Shown here piece by piece: positions 26,787 to 36,928 of a stretch of 60,843 bases of DNA. Within the stretch, counting starts at the first letter, position 1. Every line of letters starts with the position of its first letter. Both the position numbers and the translations under genes were made by a program. The DNA is taken from the sequence record DRR723986_3984; one strand, written 5' to 3'. Below the pieces are notes generated by a model. It was not told the origin of the DNA, searched no databases, and saw nothing but the letters and a program-made list of their open reading frames with translations.

Positions 26787-28549
26787 AAAACTTGGCCCCT
26801 AATCTAGCTCCTAATCTGGCGTACGATTGGCACTCTATCATTCAAACCATTGCTGTGCGTCAGCATGCCTTATATGGCCAGCTGGAAGCGGGCAACTTCA
26901 GTGGTGTCGTCAGCTATTATAGCGGTGATATAAAACCTTATGCCGCACTGGCTGATTACCTTATCTACGGTGCGGCGGCAATATTGGGGCGTCACCCGCA
27001 AGCCGCGCAAGCCGCGCTTGCTTATCACGGGCGGTTAAATGCAAAAACCAAAGCGGTCTCCTTGTTTTTTTGGGCCCAAGAAGCAAGTGCGCATCTGCAA
27101 TATCAAACCGCTGAAGGCCTGATAAAACCGCTTCTGGAAAGCCACCCATCAGACCCGGAATTGAACCTTATTGCCGCTAGCTGCTGTTTTAACAGCCAGG
27201 ATTTGTCCCGCGGACGGCCTTATTTGGAGGCGGGGCTTGTAAGCACACCCGAGCATGTGGGCCTCACCAGTTTGTTGTGTCGCTATGAGTTGAACGAAGG
27301 CAACATGCAGGCGGCTGAACATACGGCCCGGCATTTGCTGGCGCTTGACCCGCTTAACGCAGCAGCCTTCAATATTTTATCCAAGACTGTACCGGAGGGG
27401 ATCGAAGACAGACTTGTGGAAAGGTTTGAGCATTGCGCGCTTGAAGGCGGGCTTGGCCCGATCAACTCGGCAGGCTTGCTGTTTGATATTGGCCGCGTTC
27501 TCGATGTTCAGGGCAACTACGCTCGCGCTTTTCGCGCCGTGGAAAATGCCAACCGTCTGATGCGAACCGTGCCGCAAGTGGCAGGCGTTATGTTCGATGA
27601 AAATACTGAAGTGCAAATTTTTACCAACCGCCGCACTGTGTTGAGTGTTCTCCAGCCGCTCAGCCACAGCGGCGGTATAACGCCTATTTTCATCATTGGT
27701 TTGCCGCGCACCGGTAGCACCCTGCTTGATCAGGCATTGGCGGCTCACCCGGACGTGGCCAGTTTGGGAGAAAACGATAGCATCCCTACATTTGTGCATG
27801 AAGCAGAGGCGTTGCTGGCGCAAGGCAAGGTTGCCGAGGCGCAGGCGCGTATGCCTGAATGGCGCAGGCGTTTTGTTAAGCGGGCGCTGGACCAACATAT
27901 TGAAAGCCAAGCCCCTGATATGGCAAAGCCCGGTGTTGAGTTTGTGGTTGATAAAACGCTAGGAAACAGTCGACACTTGGGGTTTGTGAAAGCGCTCTTT
28001 CCCAACGCAAAGTTCTTGCATTGCCGTCGCAACATCATGGACGTGGGCCTGTCGATTTATTTTTCGCCGCTGCTAAGAACCAACGTTTATGCCACTGATC
28101 TCACCTCAATCGCTGACTTTATCGACGCAGATGACCAGATCATTAAGGCATGGACCAAAAGCGGCATGCCCATGCGGCCGGTTGCTTACGAAGATATGGT
28201 CGATGATCTGGAAGGCACCTTGCGCGGTGTGTTCGACTATGTCGGGTTGCCGTGGCACCCTGACTGCCTGACCGCCCACCGGCAAAAGCGCGCGGTGTAT
28301 ACCTACAGCGCCCATCAGGTGCGCAAGGCAATTTACCAAAGCTCCAAGGGCCGGTGGCAGAATTATGCTGATCAGCTTGCGCCGTTATGGGGTGCTCTGC
28401 ATAGCAAAGGCCTAACGACGGTTGATCACGTAACGAAGCAGGAAAATACCATTCAACAGGCTTCCGGCACAGGTGGCCGTGCGGCTGGTCAGCCTGCAAA
28501 TCAGCCTGCTATCCAGCCTGAAAAGCATGCGGGCAATCACCCCGGTTGA
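26783..28549 (+). CDS. TPR-containing sulfotransferase
   Basis: PAPS-binding motif FIIGLPRTGSTLLDQAL, VDK, RRN..D...S.Y, YEDMV.D, SAHQVRKAIY..S.GRW; TPR-like N-terminus. Start GTG 26783 with GAGGA RBS. Confidence 0.85.
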   Translation: MQNLAPNLAPNLAYDWHSIIQTIAVRQHALYGQLEAGNFSGVVSYYSGDIKPYAALADYLIYGAAAILGRHPQAAQAALAYHGRLNAKTKAVSLFFWAQEASAHLQYQTAEGLIKPLLESHPSDPELNLIAASCCFNSQDLSRGRPYLEAGLVSTPEHVGLTSLLCRYELNEGNMQAAEHTARHLLALDPLNAAAFNILSKTVPEGIEDRLVERFEHCALEGGLGPINSAGLLFDIGRVLDVQGNYARAFRAVENANRLMRTVPQVAGVMFDENTEVQIFTNRRTVLSVLQPLSHSGGITPIFIIGLPRTGSTLLDQALAAHPDVASLGENDSIPTFVHEAEALLAQGKVAEAQARMPEWRRRFVKRALDQHIESQAPDMAKPGVEFVVDKTLGNSRHLGFVKALFPNAKFLHCRRNIMDVGLSIYFSPLLRTNVYATDLTSIADFIDADDQIIKAWTKSGMPMRPVAYEDMVDDLEGTLRGVFDYVGLPWHPDCLTAHRQKRAVYTYSAHQVRKAIYQSSKGRWQNYADQLAPLWGALHSKGLTTVDHVTKQENTIQQASGTGGRAAGQPANQPAIQPEKHAGNHPG

Positions 28550-28662
28550 ACTCGCGTCCCAATTACCGCTATATGAAACCTTGGCGCAGGCAAGCGGTTT
28601 AAAAGCCCGCCGGCTTGTAGCTTTTGGCCCATAGTGGGGCAACGACAGGGGAGGCCTTCTAA

Positions 28663-29274
28663 GTGCGCGGATATTTTGCGATTGGGATCGATCAGGCGTC
28701 AAAGGCGGGCAATGTGGGCAACCTTATCCGCACCGCCCACTCGTTTGGTGCCAGCTTTGTTTTCGCCGTGAACCCCAAGGTGGTGGCCCATACTGGCGAA
28801 CTGGTCACCAAAGACTTTACCGACACCAGCAAAAGCCATCAGCAAATTCCGTTTTTTAACTACGCCACAGCGGCTGATGTGGAGGTGCCGCAAGGCTGCC
28901 AGCTTGTGGGGATCGAGATCACTGAAGACGCGGTTGACCTGCCCAGTTTCAAACACCCAACACAGGCAATTTATGTGTTGGGCGGGGAGCGATCCAGCCT
29001 CAGCGCGGACATGCTGGCACGCTGTGACAGCACGATCAAAATCCCGACAAAATTCAGCCTTAACGTTGCAACAGCGGGCGCGATTGTTATGTATGACAGG
29101 CACCGGGTTTTGGGGGGCTACCCCGACCGGCCTTTAATGACCGGCGCCAAGCCCGAGCCCCGACCCAAGCATGTGCACGGCGGTGCACGCAACCGGCGTA
29201 TGAGTAAGGCCGATAGGGCAAAGGTTGAGGCAAAACGCGTTGGTATCTTGCCGCGCGGTGATAAAGACGGTTAA
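28663..29274 (+). CDS. TrmH/SpoU family RNA methyltransferase
   Basis: NVGNLIRTA..FGA, YVLGGE, KIPTKFSLNVATAGAIVMYDR. Confidence 0.9.
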   Translation: MRGYFAIGIDQASKAGNVGNLIRTAHSFGASFVFAVNPKVVAHTGELVTKDFTDTSKSHQQIPFFNYATAADVEVPQGCQLVGIEITEDAVDLPSFKHPTQAIYVLGGERSSLSADMLARCDSTIKIPTKFSLNVATAGAIVMYDRHRVLGGYPDRPLMTGAKPEPRPKHVHGGARNRRMSKADRAKVEAKRVGILPRGDKDG

Positions 29275-29335
29275 ATAGGCTTCTCAGCGCGCCAATGTGC
29301 TTGAGCCAGATGACAGCAGAAGGATTGAGAGACGC

Positions 29336-29866
29336 ATGAAAGCGGGTTTGTTAGCAGTAGTATTTTTCGGACTTACCGTTGCAGGTAGTTTTACGGCGGC
29401 TGAAGCGCAAAGCGAAAAGCGTCGCCACTTGGGTGCCTTTCGCGACTGGGATGCTTTTGTCTACACCTACCCGAACGGACAAAAAACCTGCCACATGATC
29501 TCCAGCCCCAAATCATCGCAAGCCAGCCGCCGCAATGCCACGCGCGGCGATATCTACATTATGGTATCGCACCGGCCTGAATACGGTGTAACCGGCGAAG
29601 TGAATGTGGTGGTGGGCTACCCGATACGCCAAGGCTCGGACGCGGTTTTGCGCATTGATGGCCGCAGCCGGTTTGAATTTTTCACCGAAGGCTCAGGCGC
29701 GTGGGCTTATGACCCATCGGATGACGCCAAAACCATCGCCGCCATGCGCCGGGGCAACCGCCTTGTGGTTAACGCCACCAGCCAGCGCGGCACCAACACC
29801 ACCGACAGCTACAGCCTTTCAGGCTTCACAGCGGCCTATAACGCCATTACGGCAGCTTGTCGGTAA
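29336..29866 (+). CDS. Invasion-associated locus B (IalB) family periplasmic protein
   Basis: Signal peptide; G.F.DW, C...S.P, AMRRG, S.RGT.T.D.YSLSGFTAAY..I...C. Confidence 0.85.
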   Translation: MKAGLLAVVFFGLTVAGSFTAAEAQSEKRRHLGAFRDWDAFVYTYPNGQKTCHMISSPKSSQASRRNATRGDIYIMVSHRPEYGVTGEVNVVVGYPIRQGSDAVLRIDGRSRFEFFTEGSGAWAYDPSDDAKTIAAMRRGNRLVVNATSQRGTNTTDSYSLSGFTAAYNAITAACR

Positions 29867-29879
29867 TATCTGAAGTCAT

Positions 29880-31022
29880 ATGACTGATAAAATTAAAACC
29901 CGTCGCTACGATCTGGATTGGCTTCGGGTACTCGCTTTTGGCCTGCTGATATTTTACCATATCGGCATGTATTATGTGACGTGGGGCTGGCATGTGAAAA
30001 GCGTGCATGCCGGGCCGTTCGCAGAACCGCTGATGATTCTCCTGAACCCTTGGCGCTTGTCCTTATTATTTTTCATCTCTGGCGTGGCGCTCAAGTTTGC
30101 GGTTGATAAAGCGCAAGAGGGCTTTGCCAAAAAACGCTTCTTCCGGCTGTTCATTCCTTTAATGGCAGGCGTATTCCTTATCGTGCCGCCGCAGGCTTAC
30201 TTTGAGCTGTTAGGCAAGGGCGAAATTGCGGCGGGCTATCTGAATTTTTATAAAATTTACCTGTCTGCCGACCAAAGCTATTCAATCATTTTGCCCACAT
30301 GGAACCACCTTTGGTATGTGGTTTATATGCTGGTGTATACCATGCTTGTTTTGCCGTTTATGCCGTTGATTGGGCGCTGGGCCGCCGCGCTGGACACACC
30401 GGTGTTTGAACGACTGATGACTGGGGGCCGCGTGCTTATTATCCCCGCGCTTTTGTTTGTGCTGTACCGCTTTACTACTGACACGTGGTTCCCCAACGAG
30501 ACCCACGCATTGGTAGATGATTGGGGCGCGCATGTGCGCTATTTCAGCTATTTCCTGATCGGCATATTGCTGGCGAAAAACGCCGCTTTTTGGCGGGTGA
30601 TAGCAAATAATGTCCAAACGGGGCCAATGGTGGCTGCGGCGCTTGCTGTTACCATGAGCCTTCTGTGGGCCAACCAGGAGTTTGTATTCAAACAACCCCT
30701 TTTGCTTGATTTTGCGCGCGTATTGCGACCGGTGTATGCGTGGGTTGTTATTGCCGCCCTGCTGGCGCTGGCACAGCAATATTTAAACCGGCCCAGCCCT
30801 CAGCTTGCCTATCTAACCACGGCGATATTCGCCTTTTATATTTTGCACCAAACCATCATTGTGGTGGCAGGGGTGTGGCTGTCCGGTTTACAGCTAACCG
30901 TGGCAGTTGAGTTTACCGCATTGGTGATCATCACCTTTGGGGGTTGTTATGGGCTGTATGAATTTGTCATCCGCCGCGTGGCCTTTCTAAGGCCATTGTT
31001 CGGCGTGCCGTCCAAGCCCTAG
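29880..31022 (+). CDS. Acyltransferase-3 family membrane protein (OpgC/MdoC-like)
   Basis: RYDLDWLR...LI.YH, WRL.LLF.ISG, WNHLWY, YILHQT. Confidence 0.85.
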   Translation: MTDKIKTRRYDLDWLRVLAFGLLIFYHIGMYYVTWGWHVKSVHAGPFAEPLMILLNPWRLSLLFFISGVALKFAVDKAQEGFAKKRFFRLFIPLMAGVFLIVPPQAYFELLGKGEIAAGYLNFYKIYLSADQSYSIILPTWNHLWYVVYMLVYTMLVLPFMPLIGRWAAALDTPVFERLMTGGRVLIIPALLFVLYRFTTDTWFPNETHALVDDWGAHVRYFSYFLIGILLAKNAAFWRVIANNVQTGPMVAAALAVTMSLLWANQEFVFKQPLLLDFARVLRPVYAWVVIAALLALAQQYLNRPSPQLAYLTTAIFAFYILHQTIIVVAGVWLSGLQLTVAVEFTALVIITFGGCYGLYEFVIRRVAFLRPLFGVPSKP

Positions 31023-31024
31023 GC

Positions 31025-31053
31025 TTTACAAGCCCCTTGCACCCGACTATAAC
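31025..31053 (+). promoter_or_regulatory. Putative sigma70 promoter of rlmN
   Basis: TTTACA-N17-TATAAC. Confidence 0.55.
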
Positions 31054-31138
31054 CCGCGCATTCAGTAACCGCCTGCTTTGTGGAACGCAAACAGGCCTTA
31101 AGCGACCTGGCGCTGTATATTAATCAGCAAAAGGCAAG

Positions 31139-32362
31139 GTGAAGATAATGCAAATGACCCCCGACGGCGGTGTGCCGATCGTATCTCCGCGCCCTGTAGT
31201 GCCCGAAGAAGGCCTCAAGAATATTCTGGGCCTTGATCGCAGTGAATTGCGCGATGCCATCGCCGGTATCGGTGTGCCCGAGCGTCAGGTGAAAATGCGC
31301 ACCAGCCAGGTATGGCACTGGGTGTATCACCGGGGGGTTTCCTCGTTTGACGATATGCTGAATGTGTCCAAGGATGTGCGCGCCAAGCTGGCCGAGCATT
31401 TCATCATCGAGCGTCCTGAGATTGTAGAGGCGCAATATAGTGAAGACGGCACGCGCAAATATCTGATCCGGTTTCATGACGGCAACGAGGCCGAGGCGGT
31501 TTATATCCCCGAGGATGACCGCGGCACCCTGTGTGTATCCAGCCAGGTTGGTTGCACGCTGAACTGCAAGTTCTGCCACACCGGCACCATGAAGCTGGTG
31601 CGCAACCTGACCGCAGGCGAAATTGTGGCCCAGCTAATGATTGCGCGCGATGATCTGGCCGAGTGGGAAAACCCCACAGCAGGCCGCCGCGTGACCAACA
31701 TTGTGATGATGGGTATGGGCGAGCCTTTGTATAACTTCGACAATGTTAAGAAAGCGCTTGAAATTATTATGGACGAAGAAGGCATTCAGCTTTCTCGTCG
31801 TCGCATTACCCTTTCCACATCGGGCGTGGTTCCGCATATGGAACGGGCGGGCAAGGAAATCGGCGTTAATTTGGCGGTCTCGCTGCATGCAGTGAACGAT
31901 GCAGTGCGCACAGATATTATGCCGATTAACAAAAAATATAATGTCAACGAAGTGCTAACCGCCTGTGCCAATTACCCTGGTGCGCATAACGCGCGGCGGA
32001 TTACCTTTGAGTATGCCATGCTGAAGGGCGTGAACGATAGCGACAAGGATGCGCGTGATCTGGTGCGCTTGCTGCGCAAGTATAATTTGCCCGCAAAGGT
32101 AAACCTTATTCCGTTCAACCCGTGGCCGGGTACGGACTATGAATGCAGCGACTGGGACCAAATCCAACGCTTTTCTGACATTGTTTATGAAGGCGGCATT
32201 TCTGCGCCTATCCGCCGTCCGCGCGGGCGCGATATCATGGCCGCCTGCGGGCAGCTCAAGTCAGCGTCCGAGAAAAAGTCAAAGGCGGATATTTTGCGAG
32301 AGCATGCCGCTGTTGCCGCAACCACTTCGGACACACACCATAGTTCAACCGGGCTGACCTGA
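31139..32362 (+). CDS. rlmN: 23S rRNA m2A2503 / tRNA m2A37 methyltransferase RlmN
   Basis: [41 protein letters not shown]. Confidence 0.96.
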   Translation: MKIMQMTPDGGVPIVSPRPVVPEEGLKNILGLDRSELRDAIAGIGVPERQVKMRTSQVWHWVYHRGVSSFDDMLNVSKDVRAKLAEHFIIERPEIVEAQYSEDGTRKYLIRFHDGNEAEAVYIPEDDRGTLCVSSQVGCTLNCKFCHTGTMKLVRNLTAGEIVAQLMIARDDLAEWENPTAGRRVTNIVMMGMGEPLYNFDNVKKALEIIMDEEGIQLSRRRITLSTSGVVPHMERAGKEIGVNLAVSLHAVNDAVRTDIMPINKKYNVNEVLTACANYPGAHNARRITFEYAMLKGVNDSDKDARDLVRLLRKYNLPAKVNLIPFNPWPGTDYECSDWDQIQRFSDIVYEGGISAPIRRPRGRDIMAACGQLKSASEKKSKADILREHAAVAATTSDTHHSSTGLT

Positions 32363-32365
32363 CCT

Positions 32366-32860
32366 GTGGGCGCGCCGACAAAAGATACAGTTGAGACCTC
32401 TTTCCGGCCCTATGTAGCGGCAGACCGAGAACTGTGTTTATCGCTTTTGGATGCCAACACGCCTGAGTTTTTCGGCGTGAACGAACGGCCTGATTTTGAA
32501 ACGTTTCTTGATGATCTACCTGGCCCCTACCTGGTGCTTCTTGACGGTGACCGTGTGATCGGCTGCGGTGGCTACTGCATCGAAGATGAAAGTGTGCCAG
32601 ACTTTGACCCAGCCATACGCGTGGCCCGCACCACCTGGGGCATGGTGCATCCTGACTATAAAGGGCTTGGGCTTGGCAAGCTTTTGTTCATTCACCGCCG
32701 TGAGATCATTAGAGCCTCAGGCGAGGCTGATCGCATTCGAGTGGTGACCAGCCAGTATATAGCGGGCTTTTTCACCAAATTGGGCTTCTATGAAGTGCGC
32801 CGGGAAAAAGACGTGTTCGCCGACGGCATTGATTTGGTTGAATTGTTGTTTGATTTCTAA
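32366..32860 (+). CDS. GNAT family N-acetyltransferase
   Basis: VIGCGG, WGMVHP..KG.GLG, TSQ...GFF.KLGF. Confidence 0.82.
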   Translation: MGAPTKDTVETSFRPYVAADRELCLSLLDANTPEFFGVNERPDFETFLDDLPGPYLVLLDGDRVIGCGGYCIEDESVPDFDPAIRVARTTWGMVHPDYKGLGLGKLLFIHRREIIRASGEADRIRVVTSQYIAGFFTKLGFYEVRREKDVFADGIDLVELLFDF

Positions 32861-32945
32861 GGCTTAATTTTTTAGCCCCTTTGTGCTTTGCCGCTTCGCT
32901 GTTACAATTATTCTCAATGGATACTTTCGCAAACAGGGGAACGGC

Positions 32946-34397
32946 ATGATTGATGCGCTTCGGACAACTTTAACAGCAGGCTTGGCGGTGGTTGCCGTGC
33001 ATGCCTTTACTTTTGCTGCATCGGCGCAGGACGACAAAGAAGCCGCTGAAGAAGCCGAGCGTGCGGTTGTTCCAGAAAGCCTGTCTGCCAAGCTTGAAGG
33101 CCTAACCGAAGAAGAGCTGGACTTTCTCCTGAGCGACAAAGCACTAAGCTATGCCGAGCGCCACGAAATTCTGTTCGCCCGGTTTGAGAATAAAACCGCT
33201 GATGCCATTGCCGCTTATGTGCGCGCCATGATCAGGGTGAATAAACTTTCAAAGTTCAACCCCGAAACCGACATGGCGGCCATTCCGCTTAATACCGAGG
33301 CTGGCGGCTTCAACCGCTGGCGTTTGCCTCGCCCTGCGGAGTTTGACACCCCGCGCTCGCCCGGCCCGATTAATATAAACCGGTATTTTGGCTCCGGCCC
33401 TAAGCTCGGTATTCAAACCTTCCTCAATTTGCCTGTTGCCATCACGCCCGAAGACCTTGTGGCCGGGCAAGTTGAGGTGGCGATTATGGGGGTGCCGCTG
33501 GACACCGGCACCGGATACCGCGGCGCGGCCTACGGCCCCAATGCGGTCAGGAACGGTAACATATACAAGGGCAACAGCCCGGTGGAGCCGCCCCATATGC
33601 ACACCATGGTGTCGCCCACAAACGACCTTGTGATGGTGGACTACGGCGACATTAATGTGGACAGCCTCAGTCTAGAGCGCAGCATCGGCCATATCCGCGA
33701 AATGGTGCGCCAGGTGGCAGCAGCTGGTGCTATCCCGATGATTGTCGGTGGTGACCATTCGCTGATGTACCCGGACGCTGCCGGTGTGGTGGATGTATAC
33801 GGTGCCGGTAATGTGGGCATTGTGCATTTTGATGCCCACTATGACGCGGGCGGGGGCCAAACCCACATGCTGTCACACGGTCAGCCTGTGCGCAGGTTGT
33901 TCAATGAAAAACTGGTGCCCGGGAAGAATTTCATCCAGATCGGCCTGCGCGGCTACTGGCCCGGTAAAGCAGGGTTCGAGTGGATGCAGGAGAACGGCCT
34001 CAGGTACCACACCATGGCCGAAATTGAGAAAAAAGGCTGGGACCATGTGATGAAGCGCGCCATGAAAGAGGCGCTTGAGGGGCCCGAATATATCTTCATT
34101 TCATTTGATGTGGACGTGCTGGACCCCGCCTATATGCCCGGCACCGGCACCCCCGAGCCCGGCGGGCTGACCACGCGGGAAGTGTTCCCGATTGTCAGGC
34201 GTTTGTGTGCCGAGAAAAATGTGGTGGGTTTCGAACTGGTTGAAATGAACCCGCTGGTGGACCCCGGCTATACCAGTGCCCAGAACGCGGACCGCATTTT
34301 GCGCGAATGCCTCACCGGTATCGCCATGCGCAAGCAGGGCCTGACCGAACCGCATTACCTGAGCCCGCTCACCGTTGACCACGGCCATGATAAATAG
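32946..34397 (+). CDS. Agmatinase/ureohydrolase family protein with signal peptide and N-terminal extension
   Basis: GVPLD, GGDHS, HFDAHYD, SHGQP, SFDVDVLDP, GTGTPEPGG; signal peptide ending ASA-Q. Start ATG 32946. Confidence 0.88.
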   Translation: MIDALRTTLTAGLAVVAVHAFTFAASAQDDKEAAEEAERAVVPESLSAKLEGLTEEELDFLLSDKALSYAERHEILFARFENKTADAIAAYVRAMIRVNKLSKFNPETDMAAIPLNTEAGGFNRWRLPRPAEFDTPRSPGPININRYFGSGPKLGIQTFLNLPVAITPEDLVAGQVEVAIMGVPLDTGTGYRGAAYGPNAVRNGNIYKGNSPVEPPHMHTMVSPTNDLVMVDYGDINVDSLSLERSIGHIREMVRQVAAAGAIPMIVGGDHSLMYPDAAGVVDVYGAGNVGIVHFDAHYDAGGGQTHMLSHGQPVRRLFNEKLVPGKNFIQIGLRGYWPGKAGFEWMQENGLRYHTMAEIEKKGWDHVMKRAMKEALEGPEYIFISFDVDVLDPAYMPGTGTPEPGGLTTREVFPIVRRLCAEKNVVGFELVEMNPLVDPGYTSAQNADRILRECLTGIAMRKQGLTEPHYLSPLTVDHGHDK

Positions 34398-34413
34398 GGG
34401 TACTTTATAGAAG

Positions 34414-34839
34414 ATGAGAAAGTTTTTTCTTGGCGTGGTTATGCTGATGTCTCTTGCAGCTTGTTCGTCCAAACCCCTACCGGTTGAAATTTCTACCGCG
34501 TCAGACGCTAATCAAAACTTGCCCATTGCGATTGATTTGATCGCCGTGTCCGATGAGGCTGCTACAGCCCAATTTGCTGCGTTTTCGGGCGCAGACTGGT
34601 TCCAGAACAAGCGGGCATATATGCTGCAATATGGGCCTTACCTCTCGGTGAACGCCCTTGAACTTGTGCCGCTCTCTGCCGCTACAGCTTTTGACTGGCC
34701 CGGCGAAGCATCGTCTGCAACGCAGTATTTTATTGCGGCGAATTTTATAACCCAGCCAAAATTTATGCCGGTTGATGCCCATAAGCTCAAAGCAATTACT
34801 GTAACCAAAGATCGATTAGATTTTAGCTACCGGCAGTAA
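34414..34839 (+). CDS. Lipoprotein resembling the T6SS TssJ/SciN-like family
   Basis: Lipobox LAAC; DANQN.PIA.DL..V, A.WF, ELVP, F.AANF pattern. Confidence 0.55.
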   Translation: MRKFFLGVVMLMSLAACSSKPLPVEISTASDANQNLPIAIDLIAVSDEAATAQFAAFSGADWFQNKRAYMLQYGPYLSVNALELVPLSAATAFDWPGEASSATQYFIAANFITQPKFMPVDAHKLKAITVTKDRLDFSYRQ

Positions 34840-34887
34840 AAGCCTGGCTCTATGATCGCCTTCGCACCCGCAATAACGCGATTCAAG

Positions 34888-35415
34888 CTATTGCTTTTGC
34901 ATGAAGATGGTCACTTCCGCGAAGACAATGCCAAACTTCTTGATGTAAGACCGGTTCATGATGGTGTTTTCGTCAAACGCCCACATCCAGTCCTGAAAAT
35001 TCACCCGGTAGGTTGTGTCGTCCACCGGCAGGTCCATTTCATAGCGCCAGTAAAAGGCGTTGCCGTAGGAGGTGCCTTTGGCAGGGCCTTCAATGTCGGC
35101 CGCACCACCCTCAAATACATTGTCGCCTTTGTCGGTTATGGTCCAAAGGCGTTTGATAACACCGTCGCCGATGCTGTATTCAAATGTTTCGTCCAGTGTG
35201 ATGGTGTCACCTTTGATGGTGCCATCAATGTCGACAATAAACCGCTGCAGCAGGTTGCCGTCGCGGTCTTGCACAATGCCCCAACCACGCACATCACCTT
35301 CAAAAAAATTGAACAGGCTAAACTCTGCGCCAGCATCCAGATATTTCTCGCCGTCTATTGAAAGAGAACAGGCAGAAACCATAAGGGTGCCAAAAAGTGC
35401 GATAATATATTTCAT
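34888..35415 (-). CDS. DUF3833 family lipoprotein
   Basis: Lipobox VSAC; FF.G...GWG.VQDR.G, LDE.F.Y..G, F.DWM, NRS...KFG. Start ATG 35415. Confidence 0.85.
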   Translation of the reverse strand: MKYIIALFGTLMVSACSLSIDGEKYLDAGAEFSLFNFFEGDVRGWGIVQDRDGNLLQRFIVDIDGTIKGDTITLDETFEYSIGDGVIKRLWTITDKGDNVFEGGAADIEGPAKGTSYGNAFYWRYEMDLPVDDTTYRVNFQDWMWAFDENTIMNRSYIKKFGIVFAEVTIFMQKQ

Positions 35416-35429
35416 GGTATCTTTATCCT

Positions 35430-35996
35430 TTAACCGGGCGTCTTGATCGGGGCTTCTTGACGTGCTTCTGCGGCTGTTGGCGCACGCCAAATACCGCTAA
35501 TGCGCGCCAAAATGGGCATAACGCACAACCATGCTGCGCCGATAATCATCATGGCAATTGGTGCCTCTGGCCCAAAGGCTACGGCGCCGAGCCGCCCGGC
35601 AGCCGCATAGCTGAAGGGCGCAATGGCGGCTACTAAAAGCGTTCCAATGATGGGTCGGGTCATGAAAAAGCTGAAGCTATGCAACAGTGTGCCGGCAAAC
35701 CCAAGCCAAATGGTCATCAACCAAAAGGGCATGGGCAGCGGCAGGCCCAACAATGAGGGGTCAGGGGTAAACACATACACCCCGAAATGGGTTAACGTGC
35801 TGTCAGACGCAATGCCCACCAGTCCGCATGCCAGCATGACTTTCAGCTCAGTACGCCAGCTTGGCACCAAAAACAGATGCAAAACCAGAAGCAGCGCCAG
35901 CGCCCATTCATAGGTAGTTTGGCCCAAGATGGCGACGAACCACAGCGCTTGGTACCAAACGATGTTGATCAAATTGTTGTACGGCATTTGTTTCAT
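35430..35996 (-). CDS. DUF2878 family membrane protein
   Basis: N...YQ..W, P.WL..IW..FA..L.HS, PFSY.AA.RLGAV. Confidence 0.82.
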   Translation of the reverse strand: MKQMPYNNLINIVWYQALWFVAILGQTTYEWALALLLVLHLFLVPSWRTELKVMLACGLVGIASDSTLTHFGVYVFTPDPSLLGLPLPMPFWLMTIWLGFAGTLLHSFSFFMTRPIIGTLLVAAIAPFSYAAAGRLGAVAFGPEAPIAMMIIGAAWLCVMPILARISGIWRAPTAAEARQEAPIKTPG

Positions 35997-36159
35997 GCTG
36001 CTCTATACGCGCACGGCAGGCAGTTGGGCTATTTTTGATTGTAAATATTTAGGTGGTCCAAATTTGGTGTGCGGCCTATTCAAATTTGCATGCTTATAAA
36101 TTCGGAAGTCTGCCCAATTTAAGTTTCATGAGTTAATTAAACAAAGAGGGATCATTTTC

Positions 36160-36828
36160 ATGGCACGTACACTTTATTTTGTTTCCGGCAGCCCGTTTGC
36201 GTGGCGCACCATGTTGGCGTTGGCTTTCAAAGGCCTTGATTACACAGCGGTTGAGCTGCACGGCAGCAAGGGCGAAACAAAAACACCTGAGCATTTAGCC
36301 CGCAACCCGCGCGGCAAGGTGCCGGTTTTGGTGGACGGCGATGTAACTGTTTACGAATCCATCGCGGTGCTGGCCTATCTGGAGCGCGCCTATCCGGAAA
36401 CACCGCTGTTTGGCAGCACCCCCGCTGAAGCCGCGCATATCTGGCAGCGGGTTATGGAGGTTGAAGGTTACTTAAGCACGGCGCTAGCGGGCGCGGCCCG
36501 ACCTATATTCACCCAAACATTTGCAGGCCGTGAAGACGAGATTAACCAGCATTTCGCTGATGCCCGCGCTGAGATCGTGGCGGTTGACGGCTGGCTGAAC
36601 GGCAACGACTTTATGGCAGGCGCCGCCCCTTCAGCCGTTGATGCAATGCTCTATCCTGCGCTGGCGATGATTGCGCGCATTGGCCCCAGCCTTAATGTGC
36701 CGGGCATCACCCCGAACATTCCTGATTATGCCACTGAGTTTCCCGCGCTTGCCGCATGGATGAAGCGTGTTGAAGCTTTGCCAGGTTTTGATGATGCCTA
36801 CCCGCCCCACTGGCGCGAGGCGGCGTAA
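36160..36828 (+). CDS. Glutathione S-transferase family protein
   Basis: SGSPFAWR, NPRGKVPVL, YESIA.L.YL. Confidence 0.92.
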   Translation: MARTLYFVSGSPFAWRTMLALAFKGLDYTAVELHGSKGETKTPEHLARNPRGKVPVLVDGDVTVYESIAVLAYLERAYPETPLFGSTPAEAAHIWQRVMEVEGYLSTALAGAARPIFTQTFAGREDEINQHFADARAEIVAVDGWLNGNDFMAGAAPSAVDAMLYPALAMIARIGPSLNVPGITPNIPDYATEFPALAAWMKRVEALPGFDDAYPPHWREAA

Positions 36829-36892
36829 GAAAACACGAGACCCCCACAACCCCTGGCTCTTTCTGTCGTTAGGGAACTGCCCGCAATGGGCT

Positions 36893-36925
36893 GAGGTGCG
36901 ATTTCCCCGTCGCACCTCTTTTTTT
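36893..36925 (+). terminator. Rho-independent terminator of the GST gene
   Basis: GAGGTGCGA-TTTCCCCG-TCGCACCTC followed by T7. Confidence 0.8.
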
Positions 36926-36928
36926 GAC

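Noticed and set aside
26791-26821. LAPN x2.5 repeat at the sulfotransferase N-terminus (and QPA repeats at its C-terminus)
   Set aside because: Low-complexity terminal slippage with no evident function.
31139-32362. Cfr-type resistance methyltransferase
   Set aside because: Sequence and housekeeping context fit RlmN.
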